64,000 bases of DNA from the NCBI RefSeq assembly GCF_001194135.2, contig NC_068989.1, forward strand, positions 59,210,853-59,274,852, written 5' to 3'. Below the pieces are notes generated by a model. The model was not told the DNA's origin. It worked only from the letters and a program-made list of their open reading frames with translations, and did no database searches. This document shows, piece after piece, positions 12,601 to 24,982 of the stretch (position 1 is its first letter; every line of letters begins with the position of its first letter). The translations under genes and the position numbers were made by a program. The DNA is from Octopus bimaculoides (taxonomy: Eukaryota).

Positions 12601-15600
12601 CACACACTTGCGGATATTCTCAAAGTCCCGGTTCATGTAATCGATGCAGGTTTAGCTTACGGCGTTTAAGTTGCATGTTAGAGAACAATGAAAGAACATA
12701 TCGTTTGCATAAGAGTGGGTTACAGGATGTGGTGGAAAATAGGTCAATGATATGTAGAAGCAAGACATTTGAGGACAAAACCGAACCATGAGGCACACCG
12801 GAACTGATTGACGATGGGGCAGAAGGAACACCTACTATACATGTCATGATAGTGTGAACCGATAAGAAACTACTGATACAAAACCTAAGAGACCAGTAGG
12901 GCCTGAAATCGAGAAATTTTGAAATTAGCGTGCTAACATAGATTAAGGCTTGGTTAATGTCTGGGGCAACCAACATTCCTTTTATCGAACTTCCCTAAAT
13001 GAGAGCCTTCTGGTAAATAGCATAAAAGAGTAGTAGGTCTCTAGTGACCCTAGATTTTCGGAGAACCGTAATGTTGGTCACCATGGACAGAGTTTAAGAC
13101 GCAGTATTACGTCATTTGTTTCCATTACTGTAGAATATATTGTTTATATAGAATGTGTGAAAAATCTCGATGACACGACTTTTTCCTGTAGCAAAACACA
13201 AATTAAATAAGCGATTATTTTTCAGTCGGAAATCAAAATTGTGCTTTGGATTCGGTTTGCCAAGAATTTAGTCGCTTTATCTGAGACGTCTATAGTTCAA
13301 TATATTGATAACTTGAAATTTACATTTTAAGAGTCAGTTATCAATTTTGACCTGTTTACTTAACATTGTGAACAATTTCTGTTCTGCATTTCTTTTTATG
13401 AATTATCATTGCTGATATTGTAGGGTATTCTGGCCAGTTTGCTGGAAGTAGCCTGTTTGAGTGTACTCTTCATAGAGTTTGCTCCACTTTTTCCCGCCCA
13501 TATATTGCTATTGTTGTCTGGATCAGTGTACTCTGTGCCTGCTATAAACGAATATATTAAACAAAGGGGAATAACTAATGTAAGTATTTAGCTATTTTCT
13601 TCAACTTTTCTTTTTTATCTTTAAACAAAATATGGAAGTGTTTTTATCGGAGGAGAGACGAGATTTGGTCAGAAAATAATCAAGCATGTAACTAGAAAAG
13701 ATAACAAGTTTCGGTTATCTTCGAGTGTTTTTTTCCCATAATTATAAGCTATGAATATTGAGCTATCTAAAACTACACCTAACCATGCTAAGGCCCCAGA
13801 TGTGTCTACAGAGCATTTGACAATTGCCAGCAGCACTACTCCTACATGGACCTAAACTATCCACAACAAGCTTATAAGACATTACAAAAATACACAAAAC
13901 AGTACTCTCTAAATCATAACAGGTGATACTGGACCATACCTAATGACCAATTATTCAATGAAACAAAACTACTAAAAACTAAATACCAAGATATGCAAGA
14001 GGTATTGCTTGTTGCTCACAATACCTGTCACCATAGGAAAAAATCCCTCCAGATAAGCATATACTTATACAACACTGCAGTTACTACTACAATAACATAA
14101 GAATAAAGCTATTTCTCCCATTCATCCGAAGCAAATTCCAGATACCACACACACTCAATTATCATCAATAGCTACTCTGATCCGCAATACTCTGTAGGAA
14201 TGCATATTACCAGCAATAAGAGTTGAGGTACACCTTACCCACTTCGCCTATATTCAGCACCGGATGCAAGTGTATAGAAATAGTTTGAAAACGGAAAGTG
14301 CGCAAATCACTCAGGAATACACTCCATATGGTGGAGTGTGTAGTATGGTCCTCAATTCGGTGGAAACATCGTTCTAGAAGGAAACGAGCATGTAGTTTGG
14401 GCCTTGTCTATCGATCGACTATGGCGCACCATAGAACTGCTCAATTCAGACTAACTTGGGAAAACATCAGCAACAACAGTATATATTTGATTTATGTTTG
14501 ATGTGATCTCAGTGCTGAGTTGCAATCCTTCGCTAATCCCAGAAAAGACAAAAACATAACTGTCACAAAATATTTTAGCCTGAATCACAGCACGAATTTT
14601 TATATATATTAGGGTCCAAACAGGTTATAGTTTCGAAATGCCACTTAATTCAGTACCTGCAAGCCAACAGACTCTACGTAGTCGCTTGACTTACTAGATA
14701 TAACATTTAAATCTCCCACAGTCTTAAATAAATAAAGGCATAAATGATAATGCAAAAGAATTGGTAGATCACGTGTCTGCTCAATCAAAGGTTACTTTGA
14801 GTTAAAAAGCAATAATATCGGTACTAATGCCATCACCGCAACTATTATCATAGGGATTTTCAATTTTATAATTTTACACTTGTTAATTGAATGTATTCAA
14901 AATATTCTCTAACAATAATTTGTTTCAAACTTTTATCCTTTGTACATTTTAAATATTAATCAATGTTTCTGTTATGATAATATTGATAAAATGAAATCCA
15001 ATGCCGGTATATATACTTCATTTTTCTTTTTCAGAAAACAAAATTGTTTGAAGACGAATGTATTAATAACGGTGGCTTTAAAGTGTCCCCATCTCCCGAT
15101 CATCTAAAAACCAAATTTCCTTTAAAACCTGCCATATTTTGTTTGAGTATTTTGATACCATTAATTATATCTGGAATCCTTTTTACCTGGTCGCCATACA
15201 AACTTCATCTCCTACATGTTTTTCTCTTACCTATTATCCTCCTTCTATTATCCATTCTATGGACACCAAAAGTACAAGTGGATTTTTATCGTTCCTCGGA
15301 TGGTCGAATGGATAACCGCCGAAAAACCTCAATGATGTATGCAATTGTAAAAACAATCGCAGTTCCGTTTTGCATTTCAATTGTCCTCCTGACACGTTTT
15401 AAAGACCTGCGATCGTTATATTTTATTGATTTTATTTCTAATGGATTTCACCAGCTCTCCTATTTCCACGTGTATATCCTCGTGATCTTAATTTCTTTAG
15501 CCGGCATGTTTGTTGTCTTAACTGGACTTCTTTGTGCAAAGGTAACAGAAAAATTAGATGATTTCATCATTTTAAAGATAATATCATAAATTTGATGTTA

Positions 15601-18600
15601 GGCGAGATATTTATAACTAAAATAATTCCAAGAACTATATTGTTAGCATAGTTTGTATCGTATGAGAATGCGATTGTCTTTGGAAGAAATATTCCATCGT
15701 CCACCCTCGTTTTATCTTTAGTCTGGATACCACGGTTATTTTTCTGTGAAGTGATTCTCTTGCAACTCATGAGCCAGTGAGCAATGTTCTACGAGACTGA
15801 TTGATCTCATTAAAACTAATTCAGAGTTGTTTACAGTTTAAATACATTCTATTATATAGTTTTAACATTAAATACATTCTATTATATAGTTTTAGCATTA
15901 AATACATTCTATTATATAGTTTTAGCATCAAATATATTCTATAATATAGTTGTAGCATTATATAGTTTTAGAATTAAATACATCGAAAGCCTATAGTGAG
16001 ACTGTGGCACACCATAATTCTTTATATCCCAGAGACATTTTCCGATTAGTATTATATGAAGAATATTGATCTTCAGTTTCAATTTTATATTGTTGATATA
16101 GTTGTTAATACAATCCTTTCGGTTGAAAATAAAGAAGCTGACAAACTCAGTATGTCGACAACACTTTATATGGAATTCAGAATACATTGCTATTGTCCAA
16201 AGTGCCCTTTAGAACAGGTTATGCAGTACTTGAGTGTTTTTAGTCACCTAATTATGACAATATTCTAAGCACGACTATCAGAACTACCTTTTCTCTCAAT
16301 TAATTTTGCCGAGGTATTAAAGTAAATACTTATTGAACGTTTCCAGCTGATGGCTATAAAATTTATAGGCTGATAGGATTTCAAGCAAATGGACTTTTGC
16401 CTCGAAGGTGATAAAATGGCGGCATTCCATACTCACTTTAAATTATGAAGTGGGAGATTACGTGATCTAGTTGATTATTATCATCTAAAGTGATTTTTCG
16501 ATAGACAAATAAGTGTAACTATATCCTGAAGCTGTTTATCGAATATTTGAATTCAGATTTCAATGTTCAATTAGATTTCACAAAATGTTCATTAGATTTC
16601 ACACAATATTTGACCGTATTTGTCAAGTTAGTTGTGTGAAATAATTTAATAACTTTAACATTATGGTCCTAATTATAGAAATTACTGCCACAAGTTTTAA
16701 TCTTGCTTCTAGTATTCATCTTTAAAACATTCTCTCTCTTATATAGATGGGACTCACTACGACGGGTATGCTAATTCCATCAATGATGTCAATGCCGACA
16801 GTTATTGGAATCAACTTATTACAATGTGTATCAGTTGAGGAAGATTATTGCAACGACTATAATATTTGGATTATTGTATCATCCATTCTTGCGGCATTAG
16901 TTTGGCTTTTGCCATTATTAATCTACGGAGCAGCGTTTACGCGACCAAGCGACATCTTGCTGAAACCATTCCAAGAATCCTTTCTACAATTTAGTTGGAT
17001 TCCCCTTTTCCTTGACCAGTATTTACTACTTAATTATTACCCTGATGGTTTTGGCGACTCTCAGCAGTCTGAGATCTATGGTGACCTCAATACAGCGAAG
17101 TGCAAAAGTAAAGTATTTATCTGTACCACTATGTATAATGAGAAAGAAAGTGAAATGAAAAGACTTTTACAAAGTTTGAATAACGTAGCAAAATCACCAA
17201 ATCTACAATATGTTTACAAGGAAGCTCACATTTTTATGGATAACGGTTCAAAAGATAATCGCCTTACCAAGAACTCGATGATACTTATTTCGTTGATTAA
17301 ATCCCTTGATAATATAAGATTGAACTCTTTAAAAACGTATCTCACTCCGTATGGTATTCAAATGAACTGGACTTTAAGAAATGATTTCCAATGTTATGTA
17401 CATTTCAAGGATTGTCAGAAGTTTAAGGCAAAGAAACGCTGGAGTCAAGTGATGTATATGAATTATATTTTGAACTATAGATGTAAAATTTTACATTTCA
17501 CGCAAGATGCTAGGCAAACATTTCATACGATGGAAAGTGTGCCAGAATATTTGTTAGGTGATATAAAATGCACAGCTGATCGACTGCATAGCGACTCGTT
17601 GAAGCAAGATGAGACAAACAGAAAAATATCAGAAAATGAAAATTATACTGGGAAATCAATAAGAAGTAAAAAGAGACAGTCAAATCACTCCTCTGTTTTA
17701 AAGATGGAACTCGGAAAGTTACAATGTCTGTTAAAATCGAACTATAATGTTCACTATGAGAACATAGATGCCTCTTCCTGCAAGCATAAGATGCATTCGG
17801 AATATTCAAAAGCACCAATCATTCAGACCATATCGAATGTTTTACAATTATTAAATAAAAGGCAATATTCCAGATACATGACGGTAAATTCTGAGTTACC
17901 CTTTCAGATTACAAATGAAGAATCTTCAAGTGAAGAATCAGGGATTCAGTCAATAGCCAATACAATATCGGTAGACAGTTTGGAATTCTCTCCGGGAATT
18001 ACATCCGAAGATGATATAATAGATGCTTCCGGAAATGAAGATGAAAGCACAGATGTGTCCTCATCGAACGATGATCACACTATCATAAATAAGGAACCGG
18101 TAAATAGTTGTATAGAAAAGAATAATTCTAATTCTTTAACACTTCAGGTAAAGAACACTAGACAAATCATATCCCAGACTGACAGAACATCATCTGTTAG
18201 CAAAAAAGTTTCCTTTCCAATAATGTCCCCATTAGTGACATGTCTTGATAAATCTGCGCCTGTTCCATCTACCAACTGTCTCAGTCCAATTTGTAACTAT
18301 AGTTTTGACTTAACGCCAAAAGTTTTCATGATTGAAAAACCATTTTGGAATAGAAAGATGCAATATGATATGAAACCTAGCAGTAAAAGCACCAAACCAA
18401 CAGAAAACAAAAGAAATTCTCTGAATTCTTCGACAGAGCCAAAACCTTCTCCAAGAATACTTCCCATTTCTTATAAAGCTACTTCAGAAATCTCACAGAA
18501 CAAATCATCGTTGAAATCCAGTTATTTTGATGACTATACTTACATACTTGCTACGGACGCCGATATGGAATTTGACGACAAGAGTCTTGTTCGACTCATT

Positions 18601-21600
18601 GACCTTTGCAATCGTGATAAAAACATAGGAGGCGCTTGTGGTAGAACCTCGCCAAAAGGACACTGCAATACTCCGGTAGTCTGGTACCAAAAATTTGAAT
18701 ATGCTAAAGGTATATCAATGATTAAACTCACTTCTCTTTCCAGCGTTCACATACAATCAAATAGGAACACATACACACGTACACACTCATCAGACATAAA
18801 TATATCTGATGAGATGGATGTTTCCCACGCGTCCATGAAACTTTAGGTCATGTGGAGCTATGGCAAGCTGTTATTCTACATAACACACACGGAATCACAC
18901 ACACACATACACACACGCACAAGCACGCATGCACACACGCACTCACACACACAGCTGAACCAAGAGATTCAGTTCATTAATTCTCTTGTTAATTCATGAA
19001 TTAATTTTCATCATCTACTATAAACACATAAATGCCTTCTCTTTATGCGGTGGAATTGGACCAAAGACTAAAGTATTTTATTAAGTAGCATAACATTATG
19101 AGTAACAATGTTATGAGTTTCATTAGTGTAAAACTTACATTTTACTATATTAGCCTTGCATAATCTGAATGATAGATCCATTTTTGTCAGAAAGGTCACT
19201 TACAATTAAATTTAACGATACATAATTCTAATTTTTGCAATGGATGCAGCTATAAGTAATTAGCAAAATATTTAACAGTGAAAGTCGCAGTCGGTTCACA
19301 TAATTCAAAACAATATGGTCCAGTCAAAGCAATCGATTCAACTGAGTACAAGAAACTAAACCAGAATCGGCCGTTAGGTATCCCATTACTGGTACCGCCA
19401 AACTGTCAATATTGCAGTCTACATAAGGCAGTGAGGTGGTAGAATCGTTAGCACGCCGTGCAAAATGCTTGGCATCATTTCATACGTTTTTACGTTCTGA
19501 GTTCAAATTCCGCCGAGGTCGGTTTTGCCTTTCATCCTTTCGGGGTCGATAAAATAAGTACCAGTTGAGCACTGGAGTCAATGCAGTCGAATTACTCTCT
19601 ATCCCAGCGTTGCTGGCCTTGTGTCAAAATTTGAAATGAATATTAGTCCCTACCAAACTGTAAGTAGGTTCTATTCCTTCTGCGAGGAAAGCTACTTGAA
19701 ATACTCGTGGCACTCCGTCGGTTGCGACGACGAGGATTCCAGTTGGTCCGATCAACGGAACAGCCTGTTCATGAAATCAACGTGCAAGTGGCTGAGCACT
19801 CCACAGACACGTGTACACTTAATGTAGTTCTCAGGGAGATTCAGCGTGACATAGAGAGTGACGAAGCTGGCCCTTTGAAATACAGGTACAACAGAAACAA
19901 GAAGAAAGAGTGAGAGAAAGTTGTGGTGAAAGAGTACAGCAGGGTTCGCCACAACTCCCTTCCGGAGCCTCGTGGAGCTTTAGGTGTTTTTATCACAATA
20001 AACACTCACAACGCCCGGTCTGGTAATCAAAACAGCAATCCTACGACCGCCAGTCCGCTGCCCTAACCGATGGGCCATTGCGCCTCCACGCTACTTGAAA
20101 TAGATGGGAGCTCTATCGAGAGAGAAGATTAGTTTTTATTTGTTGAACGGCTCCGAATTTCAAACATTAATATTCCTTCTCTATGGACCTGCAAACGCAC
20201 TTACATCATTACCATTCCACATCATTATCATATAGCCAAACACTATACTGTTTATAATCTCCCTGATTTACAATTAAGACAACATATATAACATAAAATA
20301 ATAACAAACGATAAGATTACCTTTTTGACTGATTAACATATAATTTTCGGTTTTTAGATTTCTGGATGATCAAGAGCTCGCAAAATGTCATAGGCTGCGT
20401 CATGTGTTGTCCAGGCTGTTTCAGTTTGTATCGTGCCACAGCAATACAAGATGTCATGCATATGTATTGTGAACCAATTCAGTCGGAGTTTGACGTATTT
20501 GTCAAAGACCATGGTAAAATTCAGATACTTTAAGCAATTAGAATTCATTTGTTTTGTTTTCTGTTTTGATATATAATATTCATCAAATACGAATTACGTT
20601 ATATATAGTCGTTATATTGCTACTATAAAATTATAGTAGAGGATTAGATCAGAATCATAATGTGATATAGTTGTGCATAGAATATGTGTGCGTGTGAAGG
20701 AAAGTCGATTTAATATACAACTTTAATAATACTCAACTGTGAAAACAATTCATCATTGAATGGAAACTTATGAATTAGTAATAAACTGTCATGCAGGGAA
20801 ATGAAATGGAGGTTGTAAATTACAATACGGGCTCTCGCTTTGTAAGTTACACGAATTTTATTCCAGATTGTATTGCACTCATTTGTTTTGTTGATTAGTT
20901 TCTATCTACTTTCACTGAGCAGACTTATCAAAATCGTTCCGGCCATGCCATCCAGTTATTTTCTAGCACATTATATATTTAAGGATTCATTATCTAATGG
21001 TGAACTTTTCCAACGGTATGGTATGATTTAAGAAAGATTTAACTTATATATCAAGCTACCATACTCAGATATGCACAGTTACTAATATGTCAATGACATG
21101 AACTCCATAACTGCCAATACTCACTCGGAATAGCATATTGAGTCTCAGTAACAGAAACCATTAGGCTATAATCACAAAATATAGCACAAAACATATTCAA
21201 TTCTATGTGTATTATTTATATTCTCAGGAATTATTCTATTAGTATTAATAAGAATAATTGTTTTCTAGATAATTGATTTATTTTCTATATTTGATCTTTT
21301 GGCAGAGGCTTGCCGAATGTTAGGTATGCATTATCTACTATAGAAATTTCATTTTACGTCATTTATTTCTACACTTAAGAATTCAGTTTTGATAACCTAT
21401 TGAAACTACTACAATTACTTTGCATAACTCTTTACAACTATCAACATAACTGATTTTTTTCCACTTTGGAAATTTTAAAGCAGCATTGTAAATTTTCAAT
21501 ATTTATTAGGGAAGATTGTAGCTAAATGTAGTTAAAATATGTGAAGTTCTATAAACAAATTATCTGTTAAATATATTCCTTGTTTGCAGGTGAAGATCGC

Positions 21601-24600
21601 TGGTTATGTACCTTAATGATGTTAAAAGGCTGGAAGCTAGAATATTCGTCATATTCACACAACTCAACATTCTGTCCTGATAATTTTCTTGAATTTCTTA
21701 AACAGAGAAAGCGCTGGGTTCTCTCAGAAATGTCAAATTTAATTCTCGTTTTTGGCAACATAAGACGACTCACGCAAAACAATTCAACCTTCTCTTTAAT
21801 TTATATTATTTATATACTGCAAATGTTTCTGTTAGTGATGTTATCACCAGGAACAACTGTTGTTGTTCTCACAATCTCTTTAGATATCCTCTTCGGTTTA
21901 TCATGTCTATACACTACACCATTTTGCATTGGAAGTTTAATACTTTATTCTGTAATATGTTCCACAAAATCAATACAAGCCCAGTCAGCAGTGACTTCAG
22001 CAATTACCATTTTTCTTGGAGGCATTGTGCTTTCTGTTAGCGTTGGTTACATGAAATTCTTTGTGGTAGATACAATTGATGGTAAGTTTGCATGCATGCT
22101 TTCTAATTTTGCTTATTTTCCTAGTAATGCAATCAAACCAGAAATAAGCTTCTGGCGAACCGAGTCTTGGATGTAGTTGTGATTACCAATTTTATTTTAC
22201 TTTGTTTATGTCCTTAATACTTTTATAAAATGAATAAGTATCATAAAACATCCCTTAAATCTGGAGAATCGAATTTAGTCGAACACTTGAAATGATGCGT
22301 TGTATGACTACCTAATCAGAGAAACACCCTGTTTTTCAATCATTAATAAATCGAGTAATAAACAATTTAACAAGAGTATATGTCACGTGATAAAATTTTC
22401 ATGCTCTGATTTTATTGGCCAGATCTTCAGGACGGACAGCTTCAGTTCAAGCAATACTATTTAATTTTACTACTGATGACTGCTGTTTTATACGCTGCTT
22501 TAATACACCCCAAAGAAGCCTGGACTCTAATTCATGGTCTCACCTTTTTGGTTGTTTTCCCGGCAATGTACATTTTACTGCCATTTTATGCCGTTTCTAA
22601 TATTGTGGATCAACGATGGGGAACACGTGAAAGTGTAAGTGATATTTCATATCTTTATCTTAGCTATCGTTACTGAGTTGTTTCAGTTGATATACTGCAT
22701 TTTATGTCCGTTTCCATAATTCTAAGCGGACGAGACTACCAAATGTTTTACTCACGAGATCTTTACAACATAATGAAGTATTTTACAAGTATACAGTGAC
22801 TCCACTATTTCACAACAGGGATCTGTAATATCAACGAAAGGTGTTTTCTGATTACTGGATTGAGAGTTAAGTGCCATATGTTATGTACAACGTTTGTGAT
22901 GAGCTATGAACGAAAAGCATTTGGATTTAATGCAAGGTTTTGGGCAAATCAAACGTTGGGAAAAAATTTTTTTTTTTTAAGATACAGCTTTTCGGGTTTT
23001 ATTCGTAATTAAAAGGAAATCATCAAATACTACTTTCAAGCGTGTTATTTATTTAAGCAAATAGTTTACTATAGCTAACTAATGTTCTTTTGTATTTAGT
23101 TCATTTTAGCAAAGATATGTTTTTCTTGATGCTTGTAGTGGGACATTTTCTAAGATGGTCCTAGAAGTCTCTTAGCGAATAAGTGTCAAGTTACCAATTT
23201 GGAATGTACTTTGAAGTTATTTAGCACATAGAGAAGGTACTTATGGAAGCGAACGATCTTGTTTGACGGTAGCAAGTATGTCACATGTATAGTAATCTGC
23301 GTATTTTATAGTTGATGTAGCAAAAAAGGTTGGTAGTGATCTCACTAAAGTGGCTTGTTACTGGACTTAGGAACAGTTTATGGATGCTCTGTTGCATACG
23401 AAAGGAACAAGACTGAGATACAGAGCGGTAACTTTTGAAAGTGAAAGTAAAAGATTTACTCGGATAGAATTTTTGACAAATAGATCATGTCAAGTTTTTT
23501 TATTAAAAGATAGCAGGACTGAGAAAGATCGTAGCAATTTTAGAATCATTGTAAAGCAAATGAAAGTTGTAGAAAGTGCAGAGTTACCGGATAAAATGTA
23601 GTAGAATAAAAAAAAAGCTCTATGGTTGTCTTGGATTAGAATTGCCTAGGCTTGATGGAACACTGCAACAAACGATGATTCAAATGTGAGGAGAAATTGG
23701 TGGATTTCCTGGTATTTCAAAACGAAATTCGAGTTGCTGCTGCATAGACAGCAGAGTCGAAGAAACTGCTATATTAGCAGTGTTAGGCTTAATAAGGAGA
23801 GAAGAAGAAAATTGTGGTACGTTGAGAATCAGCGTAATTATAATGCATTGACGTAAAGATGTGGGGTTTATCAATGTGGGTCCGGTGAATTGGTTAAATA
23901 TATGAAAATAGCCCACAAAGAGTTCGTTGTAATTGATCCCATCTTGATAACCATACTGGTGGTTTGTTGATTGAACTCAGCGGAGAAGAGACTGAGGATA
24001 AAACAAGTTCAGTTCAGTGAAGAAGCGTGGATGTATTAGATTCAGGTAGAGGACGGAAGATTGGAAAATGATTAAAGGCTGATAGATCGTTACTATGGGA
24101 GATGACGGTGTACAGTGCTGAGAGATTTCATATCCATTATCAAGAAGAGATACGAGGATCCAGGAGGGAAAGCAAACCAGATGAAAGGATATGTGAGAGG
24201 ACAGGGAAGCGGTAAGAGATGATATGAAACTATTGAGCTAGCTGCAGATAAGGGCAGTGGAGAGGTTTGGGAGAATATTCCTGTTTAAAAAACTTGTAAG
24301 AGAATACAAGGGGAGATTCAAAGTCTGTTTATATGATATGGTTAGTGTCCGTAAAAAATAGTGTGGAAGACCGAATAACTTAATGGGCCTTGAGTATCTT
24401 GAGGTAGAAGTAGGTGTTGCTGCGTTACCGGACAACTTCTCAGTGAAAGTCAGCCCACCACACAATAACTGCAAATTCTTTGCTCACCGGTTCTATAATC
24501 TCGACAAAGGATGTGCAGATGTTTTTGAAATTAAGGCGTCTGATATTCTTTTTATAATTAAATTATATTCGGATCCTCCAATATAAAATCTATTTCCTCT

Positions 24601-24908
24601 ACGCTCTGAATCTAGGATCTATAGTGAGTGGTCGTATCTTGACGAATATTTCTCCTTAATAAACTATGTAAAGTGTATTTGGAAAGACTAATTAATCCTC
24701 CCCTTTCTCTCTCTCTCTCACTCACTCTCTTTATTTCCTTCTCTCTCTCTCTCTCTCTTTATATATATATATATNNNNNNNNNNNNNNNNNNNNNNNNNN
24801 NNNNNNNNNNNNNNNNNNNNNNNNNNNNNNNNNNNNNNNNNNNNNNNNNNNNNNNNNNNNNNNNNNNNNNNNNNNNNNNNNNNNNNNNNNNNNNNATATA
24901 TATACATA

Positions 24909-24982
<74 letters not shown>

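Noticed and set aside
13730-14500. Possible decayed LINE C-terminus (ORF 14298-14501)
   Set aside because: Only vague resemblance to a zinc-knuckle region; not phase-required for the chitin synthase model.
15838-15983. 30-bp repeat array as a possible CRISPR-like structure
   Set aside because: Contiguous tandem units without spacers in a eukaryotic intron; an ordinary minisatellite.
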